Source: a virus. From it: a stretch of 64,000 nucleotides of DNA. Shown here one piece after another: positions 30,681-39,217 of the stretch. The notes under the pieces are model-generated. The model searched no databases, was not told where the DNA came from, and worked only from the letters and a program-made list of their open reading frames with translations. Where the stretch lies: IMG/VR virus record IMGVR_UViG_3300042541_002760; one strand, given 5' to 3'. How positions within the stretch are numbered: the first letter of the stretch is position 1; each line of letters opens with the position of its first letter. The position numbers were made by a program, and so were the translations under genes.

Positions 30681-31388
30681 ATGGCACTTTCAGGAATTCT
30701 CGCATCAGTACCGAAACATCAGACAACTTTGCCTGTTAGTGGCAAAAAGATTGAGTATCGTCCATTTATTGTCAAAGAGGAAAAAATCCTCTTTATGGCA
30801 TCAGAAAGCAAAGACGAAAAAACAATCAATAGTGCAATTCGAGAAGTAATTTCGGCATGCACGGGTGGGACTGTTGATGTATTCAAGTTGCCGATTGCAG
30901 ATATGGAATACCTATTTCTCCAATTGAGAAGTCATTCTGTTGGAGAAACCGCAAAACCAAACATTAAATGTTCAAAATGCGAGATTCCGAATGAATGCGA
31001 AATCAATCTCAAGGAGATTAAACCAACCATAGATCCAAAGCATACCAAAGTAATTACGGTTGTAGATGATATCAGCATACAGATGCGATATCCAACCATG
31101 GACGATCTTCAAGATATTACCACACAATCCGATGTCGAACGAGCACTTACAATATTGGTCAAATCGATTGATAAGGTGTATCAGGGCGAAATCATTCATA
31201 ATGCTGCTGAGATGGACGAAGCAGAAGTTCGCAACTTTGTGGAAGAACTAACACAAGATCAATTCAAGCGGCTCTTTGAGTTCATTGAAACCATGCCCAA
31301 ATTGGAAAAGAAAGTTGAGTTTAAATGTAAGAGTTGTGGGCATGAAAATACTACAGTACTCAAGGGGATCACAAGTTTTTTCTCGTAG
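30681..31388 (+). CDS. gp26: baseplate hub assembly protein gp26
   Basis: LPVSGKKIEYRPFIVKEEKIL, DMEYLFLQLRSHSVGE, two CxxC pairs, FIETMPKL, C-terminal SFF. Confidence 0.92.
   Translation: MALSGILASVPKHQTTLPVSGKKIEYRPFIVKEEKILFMASESKDEKTINSAIREVISACTGGTVDVFKLPIADMEYLFLQLRSHSVGETAKPNIKCSKCEIPNECEINLKEIKPTIDPKHTKVITVVDDISIQMRYPTMDDLQDITTQSDVERALTILVKSIDKVYQGEIIHNAAEMDEAEVRNFVEELTQDQFKRLFEFIETMPKLEKKVEFKCKSCGHENTTVLKGITSFFS
31376..31382 (+). other. candidate -1 ribosomal frameshift site T TTT TTC
   Basis: X XXY YYZ heptamer in the last codons of gp26; the -1 frame is open to TAA 31574-31576; SD-like AAGGGGA at 31362-31368. Confidence 0.65.
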
Positions 31389-31576
31389 CCTCCACTCATG
31401 ACAATTTATTGAATATGCTCTCGGTTAACTTTGCGATGATGCAGAATTTTCACTACACACTTGAAGACCTTGAAGGCATGATGTCATGGGAACGGAGGAT
31501 TTATATCGAACTGCTGATGCAGCATCTAAAGGAAGAAAAAGAGAGAATGGAATCGATGAAGAGTCAGGAACGATAA
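31382..31576 (+). CDS. gp51: gp51-like hub assembly ORF, probably expressed as a frameshift extension of gp26 (first ATG 31415 has no SD)
   Basis: Hand translation LVASTHDNLLNMLSVNFAMMQNFHYTLEDLEGMMSWERRIYIELLMQHLKEEKERMESMKSQER matches the NF.LMQ..Y.L.E.E.M.PWER.IY..LL pattern of T4-like gp51. Missing from the ORF track. Confidence 0.8.
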   Translation, partial: LVASTHDNLLNMLSVNFAMMQNFHYTLEDLEGMMSWERRIYIELLMQHLKEEKERMESMKSQER

Positions 31577-31588
31577 AGGATAAGTCAG

Positions 31589-34312
31589 ATGGCAGGAGAA
31601 CCAACAAATCAATCGGGACAGCCAACGCCACCCATCAATCAAGATGGAATTGCTATTCCTATTCAAACTCCTCCTCCACCACCGTCTCTTAAACCCACAT
31701 TCGATCCTGAAAAAGAAAAGGCGGCAGCAAAGGCACTTGAAGATTTTCAAGCAACCATAAATGCAGTTGAAAAGGATTCTCAAAAATACATAGCAACGCT
31801 TAAGAAACTTGAGCAAGTCGAGTCTAAGCATAGCGAAAAAAAGCAAAAAGTTCTTGCTGCTGAAGATAAAAGATTAGAGTTTGAACGCAAATCTGCAACT
31901 GAAAATAAGAAGTTCAGAGATTCCGCAGGTGAGTGGAAATTGTCTATTGACGGCGCAAGAGAAGCAATGGATCTGCATGAAGCAGATCTTAAACTCTATA
32001 ATCTAGAAATTGAAAAAGCAACAAAAGAACAAAATGCTGCAAGAGTAGAACTGTCCGAAGTTCGACAGGCTGCTATATTGGAAGGAAGTCAGCGGAAACA
32101 AACTGAACGATCATTAGAATCTCTCAAGACCACAATCCTTAATACTGCTAGTAATATGGCAGATGTTCTTGGCCCTGAAATGGGCAAAATGTCTAAGGCA
32201 TTCCAAGGAGTGTCTGATACCTTTACTGAAATACAGCAAAGTGCAAAAATCAGAGACAACGAAATTGGACTGCTAAGAACATTAGATGCCAAAAAACGAA
32301 TAGTCGAAGATGCCAAATCGGGGATTATTCAAAGAGAAAAACTCAACGAAATTCTTGCAAAAAAGAATGCAGAAACAGAAGGAACAAAACTCTCAGATTC
32401 ATTGAGTGCCACGGGCGGTATTGTGGGATTGAAAGACATCAAAAGCGAACTTGATGCTATTGTTTCGGCAGAAATGGCACTATATTCAATCAAGAATCCT
32501 GAGGCAACTGCACAAGAGACAGAAGAATATCGTAAGCAATTTGCAATGAAAAGCAAAGAGACGATTCGTGAAAATCTGTTAATCAAGACAAAAAGAGAAC
32601 TGACCTCAATCGAAGAAAAACAGATTCTCAAGAAGATGGCTGACAAAAATGTTTCGAGACAGATGGCAACGACCATGGTCGCGAGAGATCCTGAAATGAT
32701 TAAGGAGCGTCAGGAGGCAAAGGAACGAGGCACTCAAGTTGTCGATGGACTGGATCGTATTGCGGATACTCAACTCGCCACACTGAATCACACAAAGGCA
32801 GAAGATATTGCAGCGGCAGAACGAGATGCAGAAGCCAATACAGGAACTCCTAAGTGGGCATCGATGCTCACTGATAGCATTGCAAATCTAAAAGATCAAC
32901 TTGGAGGTCTGTTTGATAAGGATAGTGGTATGTTCAAAAAAATCCTTCTTGTTTTGGTTGTGGGAATAGGTGCGGTAGTTGGTTATCTCTTTACCAAGAT
33001 TATGTTTATCATATCCCTGATAAAACTCATTCCTTTTGGAATTGGCAAGGCATTTGGTGTTGTATTTTCGGGAATTGGTTCGGGAATTATGCGAATGTTT
33101 TCGGGTATTGGGGAATTTCTTTCACCCCTCACAAAAGGATTTGCAGCACTCTCTAAGATTTTTCCAGCAACGGCAGGTTCTCTTGGGTTATTTGGAAAAG
33201 CATTCATGTTTGGATTCAAAATTCTTGGGAAGTTTTTCTTCTATGCTCAACTCGTTGTTGATGCACTCTATGGTGCATATAAAGGGTTTCAGGAACTTGG
33301 GAATATTAAAGGAGCAATTCTCGGAGCAGTGTCTCAAATTATCAGCGGACTGACTTTTGGACTGCTCGATTTCAAAGACATCTTTGACTTTTTAAATAAC
33401 ACAATCGGAGACACAATCGGAGGACTTATCGATGCGATATCTGAATATATCATGGGAGGATATAACCTACTGATCAAACCTTTCATTGATGCTTTTAGTA
33501 ATATTGTGGCGATATTCCAAGGCGGTGGTGGGATGTTCTCCAAAATCCTAAAATCAATATATGAAATGTTTTTTGCAATTGCAAAGTATCTGATCGGACA
33601 ATTGATAATGACATTTATTAGATTGCCCATACTGTTGCTTAAGGCAGCATTTTATGTAATCAAATTTTTCTATTACGATCTTCCCAAGATGCTTGTGGAT
33701 GCACTTACCTCAACCGTAACTTGGTTATGGAATTGGGTTACAAGTGGAGAATGGTTAGAAGATATTGCAAATTTTGGTGAGTGGCTTAATGACAAACTAG
33801 TCAGTTTTTTCACAGATATTATCAATTCGATTGCCGATGCGCTTGGTGAGATTCCTCTTGTTGGTGGTTCGATTAAGGCTGCATTGGGAGGTGGCACACC
33901 CGCAGCATCTCCTCTTGCAGTTGCAGCAGAAAAAACAAACAAGGTTATGGAAGACACAAACAGTGCAGTTTCTTCCATGGCACAAAGCAATACAAACATT
34001 GCAGCAAATACACAGAACACATACAACAGTTCATCTAGCACTCCCCTTGGAAAAGCAGGAGGTGGTGTTCAGTATGCTAATATGTCTTCACAATCATACA
34101 ATGCAAATGCAGTTAATGCCGCAACAACAAATGCATCCACTGCTCAATATAATGCAACCAAGCAAAACAACCCCACCAACATAAGTGCCCCCACCACAAA
34201 TGTTCTCGGTGGTGGGGGCGGGGGCGAATCTATTATGTTGTCTCCGACTTCAAATCGGAATACAGAGCCTACATTCCGTGCTCTGCTATTTCAAGAGTGT
34301 CCTTCACTCTAA
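31589..34312 (+). CDS. tape measure protein (gp29-like)
   Basis: 907 aa; coiled-coil N-half, Gly/hydrophobic repeats, low-complexity tail; follows gp26/gp51. Confidence 0.75.
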   Translation: MAGEPTNQSGQPTPPINQDGIAIPIQTPPPPPSLKPTFDPEKEKAAAKALEDFQATINAVEKDSQKYIATLKKLEQVESKHSEKKQKVLAAEDKRLEFERKSATENKKFRDSAGEWKLSIDGAREAMDLHEADLKLYNLEIEKATKEQNAARVELSEVRQAAILEGSQRKQTERSLESLKTTILNTASNMADVLGPEMGKMSKAFQGVSDTFTEIQQSAKIRDNEIGLLRTLDAKKRIVEDAKSGIIQREKLNEILAKKNAETEGTKLSDSLSATGGIVGLKDIKSELDAIVSAEMALYSIKNPEATAQETEEYRKQFAMKSKETIRENLLIKTKRELTSIEEKQILKKMADKNVSRQMATTMVARDPEMIKERQEAKERGTQVVDGLDRIADTQLATLNHTKAEDIAAAERDAEANTGTPKWASMLTDSIANLKDQLGGLFDKDSGMFKKILLVLVVGIGAVVGYLFTKIMFIISLIKLIPFGIGKAFGVVFSGIGSGIMRMFSGIGEFLSPLTKGFAALSKIFPATAGSLGLFGKAFMFGFKILGKFFFYAQLVVDALYGAYKGFQELGNIKGAILGAVSQIISGLTFGLLDFKDIFDFLNNTIGDTIGGLIDAISEYIMGGYNLLIKPFIDAFSNIVAIFQGGGGMFSKILKSIYEMFFAIAKYLIGQLIMTFIRLPILLLKAAFYVIKFFYYDLPKMLVDALTSTVTWLWNWVTSGEWLEDIANFGEWLNDKLVSFFTDIINSIADALGEIPLVGGSIKAALGGGTPAASPLAVAAEKTNKVMEDTNSAVSSMAQSNTNIAANTQNTYNSSSSTPLGKAGGGVQYANMSSQSYNANAVNAATTNASTAQYNATKQNNPTNISAPTTNVLGGGGGGESIMLSPTSNRNTEPTFRALLFQECPSL

Positions 34313-35245
34313 TCAGTCATCATCATCTGCTAACTTCTTGAAGTAGGCAAAGGCATCTTCGCCTTCATCTTCAGTCTTTGCTCCCTTTGCAGGAGCCTTC
34401 TTTGCCACCTTCTCTTCTCCAAAACTAGATGCTGCCATAGACTTCATCTTGCTACGAAAGTCCTCAGGCTGTGCTTCCTCTGCATTGACGGCAGAACCCT
34501 CTGCTGCGCCTCCCTTAAGAACCTGATCCATTCGACCCTTGAGTTCCTCATATGCCTTGAACTGATCAGGAGCAACAAAGGGCTGAAGAGGATACTGTGA
34601 CTTCCACAGAGCCTCAAGACGCTTGTCATCGCCATCAAACACTTCCGACTGTGGCTGAAACGCACTCTTGTCATAAGAGACATAACCCGATTCGAGATGT
34701 GCCTTCAACTTGAAATTTGCGCCCTGCCAAAAATCAAACGGATTGAACTTTGTCTCATCGGGAGATGCAGGGCTTGTTGCTTCCTGCAACTTATCAAAAA
34801 TCTTCTTGCCAAACTTATACAAGAAAACCTTTCCCTCATTCTCGCGATTAGATGGATCACTCACCACAAGGATATTGGCAATGTATGACAACTTGCGCTT
34901 ACGATCACGCGCAATTCCCTTGTTCGATTCAATGCCGCTGTTCCACAACTCTGTATTTCCTTCACACACAGGACACTTCTTTCCAACGGTGGTTGGGCAA
35001 TTCTCAATCATCCAACCGCCCTTGCCTTGGAATCCGTGGGAGAACAGTCGAACCCATGGAATGTCTTCTCCCTCTACAGGTGCAAGGAAGCGAATGACTG
35101 CATATCCGTTTCCGCTCTTGTCTCGCTCAAGAGTCCAAAAGCGATCATCCTCATAACTACCCTTGGTATTGACCTTTGTCATTTCCTTAGAGAGGCGATC
35201 AATCGCGGACTGAGCATTCTTCTTCATACTTGAAAAACCTGACAT
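34313..35245 (-). CDS. gp32: single-stranded DNA-binding protein gp32
   Basis: DDRFW..DKSGNGYAVIRFL, HGFQG.GGW.IENCPTT..CPVC, KFGKKIFDK, acidic tail YFKKLADDD. Confidence 0.97.
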   Translation of the reverse strand: MSGFSSMKKNAQSAIDRLSKEMTKVNTKGSYEDDRFWTLERDKSGNGYAVIRFLAPVEGEDIPWVRLFSHGFQGKGGWMIENCPTTVGKKCPVCEGNTELWNSGIESNKGIARDRKRKLSYIANILVVSDPSNRENEGKVFLYKFGKKIFDKLQEATSPASPDETKFNPFDFWQGANFKLKAHLESGYVSYDKSAFQPQSEVFDGDDKRLEALWKSQYPLQPFVAPDQFKAYEELKGRMDQVLKGGAAEGSAVNAEEAQPEDFRSKMKSMAASSFGEEKVAKKAPAKGAKTEDEGEDAFAYFKKLADDDD

Positions 35246-35291
35246 GTTTTGTATCTCCTTGTGTTTGTTGTATAGTAAAACGATTTAGTTT

Positions 35292-35320
35292 ATTGTATCA
35301 CAAAATAACCAATCAGTCAA
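35292..35320 (-). promoter_or_regulatory. sigma70-type promoter for gp32 (TTGACT-N17-TACAAT, with TGTG extension)
   Basis: Read directly from the minus strand. Confidence 0.7.
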
Positions 35321-35549
35321 GGGGGAGTTTTGACTTTTTCCCGCCTTTTAGCATGTTTTTATTCTCAAACTCTGCTTTCAATTTTTCCCGAATTGGCTTA
35401 GTTACCAACTTTGCAACCGATTCAGGCTCAATTCCATGCTTTTCGCAAAGTTCAAGAATTGCATCGATGTATTGACCATCCTTGCGATCTCGACACAGTT
35501 CTTCGATCTCTTTGCTGAAAGTAGTTTCGATGTTAATTATTGATCCCAT
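35313..35549 (-). CDS. gp33: late transcription coactivator gp33
   Basis: FSKEIEE..YIDAILELCEKHGIEPESVAKLV.KPIREKLKAE..N.L..K..KLP. Confidence 0.92.
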   Translation of the reverse strand: MGSIINIETTFSKEIEELCRDRKDGQYIDAILELCEKHGIEPESVAKLVTKPIREKLKAEFENKNMLKGGKKSKLPLD

Positions 35550-35791
35550 TATGGCATACTTTCTTCGTTAACATCGTTTGTCATTTGAATTGGCATTTCG
35601 TCAATTGTATCAACCCATCGAGCAATACCTCGCTCAAATTCTTCGGTAGTCAGAAGAATTCCAATCTGTTCTCCCTTTTCCGTCATGAATCGAATGCAAT
35701 GAAATCGTTCCTTTTGTGGAGGAACGATGGGTTCGAGCCTACGAGACAATGTAAATCCAAACCAATTAAGTATTTTTTTGAGCCAATTCAT
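35549..35791 (-). CDS. hypothetical protein (80 aa)
   Basis: ATG 35791 (MNWLKK) is preceded by AGGAG; fills the gap between the exonuclease and gp33. Confidence 0.6.
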   Translation of the reverse strand: MNWLKKILNWFGFTLSRRLEPIVPPQKERFHCIRFMTEKGEQIGILLTTEEFERGIARWVDTIDEMPIQMTNDVNEESMP

Positions 35792-36449
35792 TAGCAATCT
35801 CCTGTACTTGCTTAAAGTTATATTTTTCCCAATACGAACGAATGACATTTGCCAAACCTTCGCGATAATCGTTTCGGTGTTCGACAAACTCTTGTGACGA
35901 GCCGTCATCCGATACAATCAAAACAACAAGGTCTGTAATTCGCTGCCCTGTCCGTTCTTCCCACATATACGAATATGCAGTCGCCTGATGAAAGTAATTT
36001 GTGATCCAAGACTTCTTCTTTTTCTTTGAAGAGGTCTTGAAATCGATGATTGCAGGATTTCCATTATACTCTCCGATGCAATCTGTTCTTCCCGCAAGCA
36101 TCAGATGATCAGACCATAAAGGTCGTTCGATTGCATAGATTTCTCCGATGTTTTTCATCATTGGCAGAAGTGCATCAAAACGCATTGAATCTTCTTCGCT
36201 TGTTGGGACAGTACCATCTGTGAGGTATTTCTCAGCAAGCAAGTGCATCTGATTTCCTCTTGCAATTGCCTTCTGAGAGGTCTCTAAATTCTTTGGATCT
36301 GTACGCCACTCTTTCCACTTCTCAGCATCTAGATGATTTACAACCGTGGTAACCGAAGGATACCACTTGTTCTTTGTTGGGGATTTATAGTATCGACCCA
36401 CACCATCTGCTTCGACTGACGGCAAGAATTCTTTATCTGAGTTGATCAT
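35766..36449 (-). CDS. PD-(D/E)XK exonuclease (Cas4-like)
   Basis: YPSVTTV, RGNQMH, AGRTDCI..IIDFKTS, YFHQATAY. Confidence 0.9.
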   Translation of the reverse strand: MINSDKEFLPSVEADGVGRYYKSPTKNKWYPSVTTVVNHLDAEKWKEWRTDPKNLETSQKAIARGNQMHLLAEKYLTDGTVPTSEEDSMRFDALLPMMKNIGEIYAIERPLWSDHLMLAGRTDCIGEYNGNPAIIDFKTSSKKKKKSWITNYFHQATAYSYMWEERTGQRITDLVVLIVSDDGSSQEFVEHRNDYREGLANVIRSYWEKYNFKQVQEIANELAQKNT

Positions 36450-36451
36450 AA

Positions 36452-36706
36452 TTAATAGTCTCTCATTCCATGTCTAGGATGTGCGGTTTTAATCTTTGAA
36501 ATTACTTCTTTGAATCCGCTATCGGGACGAACAATACCAAGACGAACAGGATCAATAACAGGCGGTGCAGTTGGAATATACTGTTCGACTTTCTTCTCCC
36601 CACACTTGGGGCACGGAGTCTTGCATGGCTTGTCGTTGTCTTTCATTCGGAGGAATTCCTCGAATGTGTGTTGGCAAGCAAGGCAGATATAATCATAATT
36701 AGGCAT
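36452..36706 (-). CDS. FmdB-family zinc-ribbon protein
   Basis: MPNYDYICLAC..FE..CPKCG..DSGFKEVISKI. Confidence 0.88.
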   Translation of the reverse strand: MPNYDYICLACQHTFEEFLRMKDNDKPCKTPCPKCGEKKVEQYIPTAPPVIDPVRLGIVRPDSGFKEVISKIKTAHPRHGMRDY

Positions 36707-36720
36707 AATATGTACTGTAT

Positions 36721-37266
36721 TTATGTGGTATTAACAAACCAAGAAGGAGGGCTTGTTTTAGACCATTTGGCAAAACGCTTCTTGTCTCCGATATAGTAAT
36801 TGCGATATGCCGTGACTGCATCATCTGTTTTATAATGCTCAGGCATTGCTTGTGCAAACGGAGACAATTGTCCTTGCCTGATATTCGCAGGTAAGGTAGA
36901 AAGATAATCATTGACTAGCCCACACATTGAATGCTTCTTAGAATACCGATCTGTGTATTCTTTCAGAAGACCCGTTGTATGTTGCCATAGCCACATGTAA
37001 TTGTCACTGCCCTGCATTACCCATATTGTGCATGGGTGATTTACCATAGCAGGTAAGCACAATTTTGCATCTCTAACAGTACAGGGATGTACCCAATGTT
37101 TGAGTTTTCGATTGGACTTTGAAATCCTAATGGTGGCATTACCATCCAACACACGATGTGCCGTTGATAGCATCTGTGCACTTTCTACTATCATTTTTAC
37201 AACATGTTTGTCGCAAAGATCATGAGCGGCATCAAGTGGATTGGGTTGTACTGCAAAAATATTCAT
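36721..37266 (-). CDS. pyrimidine-dimer DNA glycosylase / DenV-related protein
   Basis: MNIF..DKHVVKMIVESAQMLSTAH, NHPCTIW, EY..RY.K.H, AYRNYY, PSWF. Confidence 0.8.
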   Translation of the reverse strand: MNIFAVQPNPLDAAHDLCDKHVVKMIVESAQMLSTAHRVLDGNATIRISKSNRKLKHWVHPCTVRDAKLCLPAMVNHPCTIWVMQGSDNYMWLWQHTTGLLKEYTDRYSKKHSMCGLVNDYLSTLPANIRQGQLSPFAQAMPEHYKTDDAVTAYRNYYIGDKKRFAKWSKTSPPSWFVNTT

Positions 37267-37270
37267 AGGA

Positions 37271-37453
37271 TTAGTCCATAAAGGAACCATTGCGCCACAG
37301 GTGTCCCAATCGATGCATTAGAATATCCCATCCCAATCCAAGCCATGTGTCTGATTGATAACTGCCTTCAGGACACTGCATGGAGTATGTGATGGTAAGT
37401 ACAGTCTTAGCCTTCGGGGTACGCTTCTTTGGAGTTGTCTTGGTCTTAGTCAT
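37271..37453 (-). CDS. hypothetical protein (60 aa)
   Basis: GGGAGG SD upstream of ATG 37453. Confidence 0.6.
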   Translation of the reverse strand: MTKTKTTPKKRTPKAKTVLTITYSMQCPEGSYQSDTWLGLGWDILMHRLGHLWRNGSFMD

Positions 37454-37658
37454 TGTTGGATCCTCCCATTGATTCGACATTTTTTTCCTTTACCCAAAAA
37501 GTTTCAGGCCCCCATTCAGGGCTGTGGGTGGTTACTAGGTACTGCTTTCCCCAATTTGGGTGAACTTCAACACGCCGAACGATTGCAATTTTTTGCTCTT
37601 CGCGCAGCCATACCTTGATTTGTGGAGTAGTTTTATACGCTGTTTCGTTAGTGTCCAT
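37446..37658 (-). CDS. hypothetical protein (70 aa)
   Basis: First gene after a sigma70-type promoter; overlaps the next start. Confidence 0.6.
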   Translation of the reverse strand: MDTNETAYKTTPQIKVWLREEQKIAIVRRVEVHPNWGKQYLVTTHSPEWGPETFWVKEKNVESMGGSNND

Positions 37659-37694
37659 GAGATTAAACCTTGTAAAGAAGTTAAGATTAGTTAC

Positions 37695-37722
37695 AGTATA
37701 GCACAAATTAAATCGGTGTCAA
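37695..37722 (-). promoter_or_regulatory. sigma70-type early promoter (TTGACA-N16-TATACT, extended TG)
   Basis: Read directly from the minus strand. Confidence 0.7.
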
Positions 37723-37730
37723 GTGGCATG

Positions 37731-37737
37731 CTAAATA
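37731..37737 (+). promoter_or_regulatory. late promoter (CTAAATA)
   Basis: Followed by GAGG and ATG 37755. Confidence 0.7.
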
Positions 37738-37754
37738 TAGGCGAGGTACATATT

Positions 37755-38189
37755 ATGCCAACTACACTATCAATCCCTGAAGTCGTGAAGAAAATTTCGC
37801 AAACCGCACAGAGCAAAGAAGATGTCATTCGAATGCTCAGAGAAAACAACAGTCATGCATTTAAACTGTTGCTTCAGTATGCATTCATCGATACCTCTAA
37901 GTGGTATCGCCAAGATCTGCCGCCATACACCCCCGACAATGCACCCGAAGGACTTACTGTATCAAGTCTGTTCCAGGAAGTCAAAAGACTTTATATATTT
38001 AAAGAGTCATACAACCTTCCAAAAGAACGCAAAGACATTCTGATGATTCAACTGTTGGAAGCGATTCATCCTGATGAGGCATTGATGGTCAAAGAACTGT
38101 TCAGTGGAACTTTTTATGGATACGGGATCAACAAGCAACTCGTACTTGATGCATTTCCCGATATTGCTGCTACGGTAGTTTCTTCTTAA
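37755..38189 (+). CDS. conserved T4-like hypothetical protein (DUF6433-like)
   Basis: IPEV..K, PPYTP, L.QE.KRLYIF, IQLLEAIHPDEA, V..AFP. Confidence 0.75.
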   Translation: MPTTLSIPEVVKKISQTAQSKEDVIRMLRENNSHAFKLLLQYAFIDTSKWYRQDLPPYTPDNAPEGLTVSSLFQEVKRLYIFKESYNLPKERKDILMIQLLEAIHPDEALMVKELFSGTFYGYGINKQLVLDAFPDIAATVVSS

Positions 38190-38724
38190 ATATTGCCATT
38201 GCATACTTGGCAAGGTAGTAAGAATCTACAATATCAGAGACAGGACTTGAACACTCCTTGCTTTCCTTGTCCATTGTTTTCATCAGATCGATATTTGTAT
38301 CTTTGACAAATGACGAATGCATCATACATTTATCGGAATTCCCCTTACCTGTGGCAAACTTTTTTAGTGCAGCAGGTGCAATAGTATCAAATCGAATATT
38401 GTGTTTCCATAACTTATGCTTAAGCAATCCGCAGTTCTCGCCGATGTGAAAAACCTTTCCCTTGGCTCCCATGGCATAATCCTCTATGACGAGTATGTCG
38501 GGTTCAATCCCACATTTGGCGACAGCCCATTCGGCAATAAGATCAAAACGGTGCTCAGGACAGAGGTAGTCGGGATAGGGATCACCTGTCCAAGTCATGA
38601 AACCGCTGCTGTAAGTAACTTGATTGCGTTTGACCGAGGTCAGGAACCAACATTGGACTTTGTCCCCATCGATGAGAGTGACAGCAGGTGAGGTCATAGA
38701 GTAGTCGATTCCTAGTGCTTTCAC
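38170..38724 (-). CDS. RuvC-like Holliday junction resolvase
   Basis: LGIDYSMTSP, VIEDYAMG, IGENCGLLK, LKKFATGKGNSDK, DIVDSY. Start is uncertain (GTG 38724). Confidence 0.85.
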   Translation of the reverse strand: MKALGIDYSMTSPAVTLIDGDKVQCWFLTSVKRNQVTYSSGFMTWTGDPYPDYLCPEHRFDLIAEWAVAKCGIEPDILVIEDYAMGAKGKVFHIGENCGLLKHKLWKHNIRFDTIAPAALKKFATGKGNSDKCMMHSSFVKDTNIDLMKTMDKESKECSSPVSDIVDSYYLAKYAMAIFKKKLP

Positions 38725-38735
38725 AAAAGTATGTA

Positions 38736-38763
38736 TTGTCTTTATCTGAATTTGAGGTAGAAT
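38736..38763 (+). promoter_or_regulatory. sigma70-type promoter for uvsY (TTGTCT-N16-TAGAAT), 7 nt before the ATG
   Basis: Read directly from the plus strand. Confidence 0.5.
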
Positions 38764-38770
38764 ATACAAC

Positions 38771-39208
38771 ATGAATATCGAACGAATTAAAGAACTAGTT
38801 GAAATTGATCTCAAAATCGATGGCACTGAATTGGGCGATGAATCAATTCGTATCCCACAACTACACAGCAAGTATCTTAACATCTACCACGATGAGTGTC
38901 TGATCCTTCGTAAATTGGATGTAGACTTCAAAATTCTCCGCAAGCAAAAATGGGAATACTACAACGGAAAGATGTCTCAACAAGAACTTGCCACACTTGG
39001 ATGGGAGCCTTTTGGTCATCGAATCTTGAAGCAGGATTTGGATATTTACTTAGAATCCGATACCGACATCATAAAGCACGAATCAAAGATAGACCTACAG
39101 AAAGCAAAGGTAGAGTACCTAGACTCTATTCTCAAAGGAATTAACAATCGGAATTGGGTAATTCGAAATGCAATTGAATGGAGAAAGTTTATGAGTGGGG
39201 TTATCTAA
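38771..39208 (+). CDS. uvsY: recombination mediator UvsY
   Basis: DLKID..L..ES..IPQLHSKY, KWEYY.GK, NRNWVIRNAIEWRKF. Confidence 0.95.
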   Translation: MNIERIKELVEIDLKIDGTELGDESIRIPQLHSKYLNIYHDECLILRKLDVDFKILRKQKWEYYNGKMSQQELATLGWEPFGHRILKQDLDIYLESDTDIIKHESKIDLQKAKVEYLDSILKGINNRNWVIRNAIEWRKFMSGVI

Positions 39209-39211
39209 ATA
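39205..39211 (+). promoter_or_regulatory. late promoter (CTAAATA) 6 nt before the uvsW ATG
   Basis: Overlaps the uvsY stop; uvsW is a late gene in T4. Confidence 0.65.
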
Positions 39212-39217
39212 TAATCA

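Noticed and set aside
31486-31692. 68-aa plus-strand ORF between gp26 and the tape measure gene
   Set aside because: Wrong frame; the gp51-like reading (31382-31576) covers the gap and matches a known pattern.
35766-36449. Cas4-like nuclease as part of a CRISPR-Cas system
   Set aside because: It is a stand-alone exonuclease in its usual place near gp33/gp32; there are no other cas genes or arrays.
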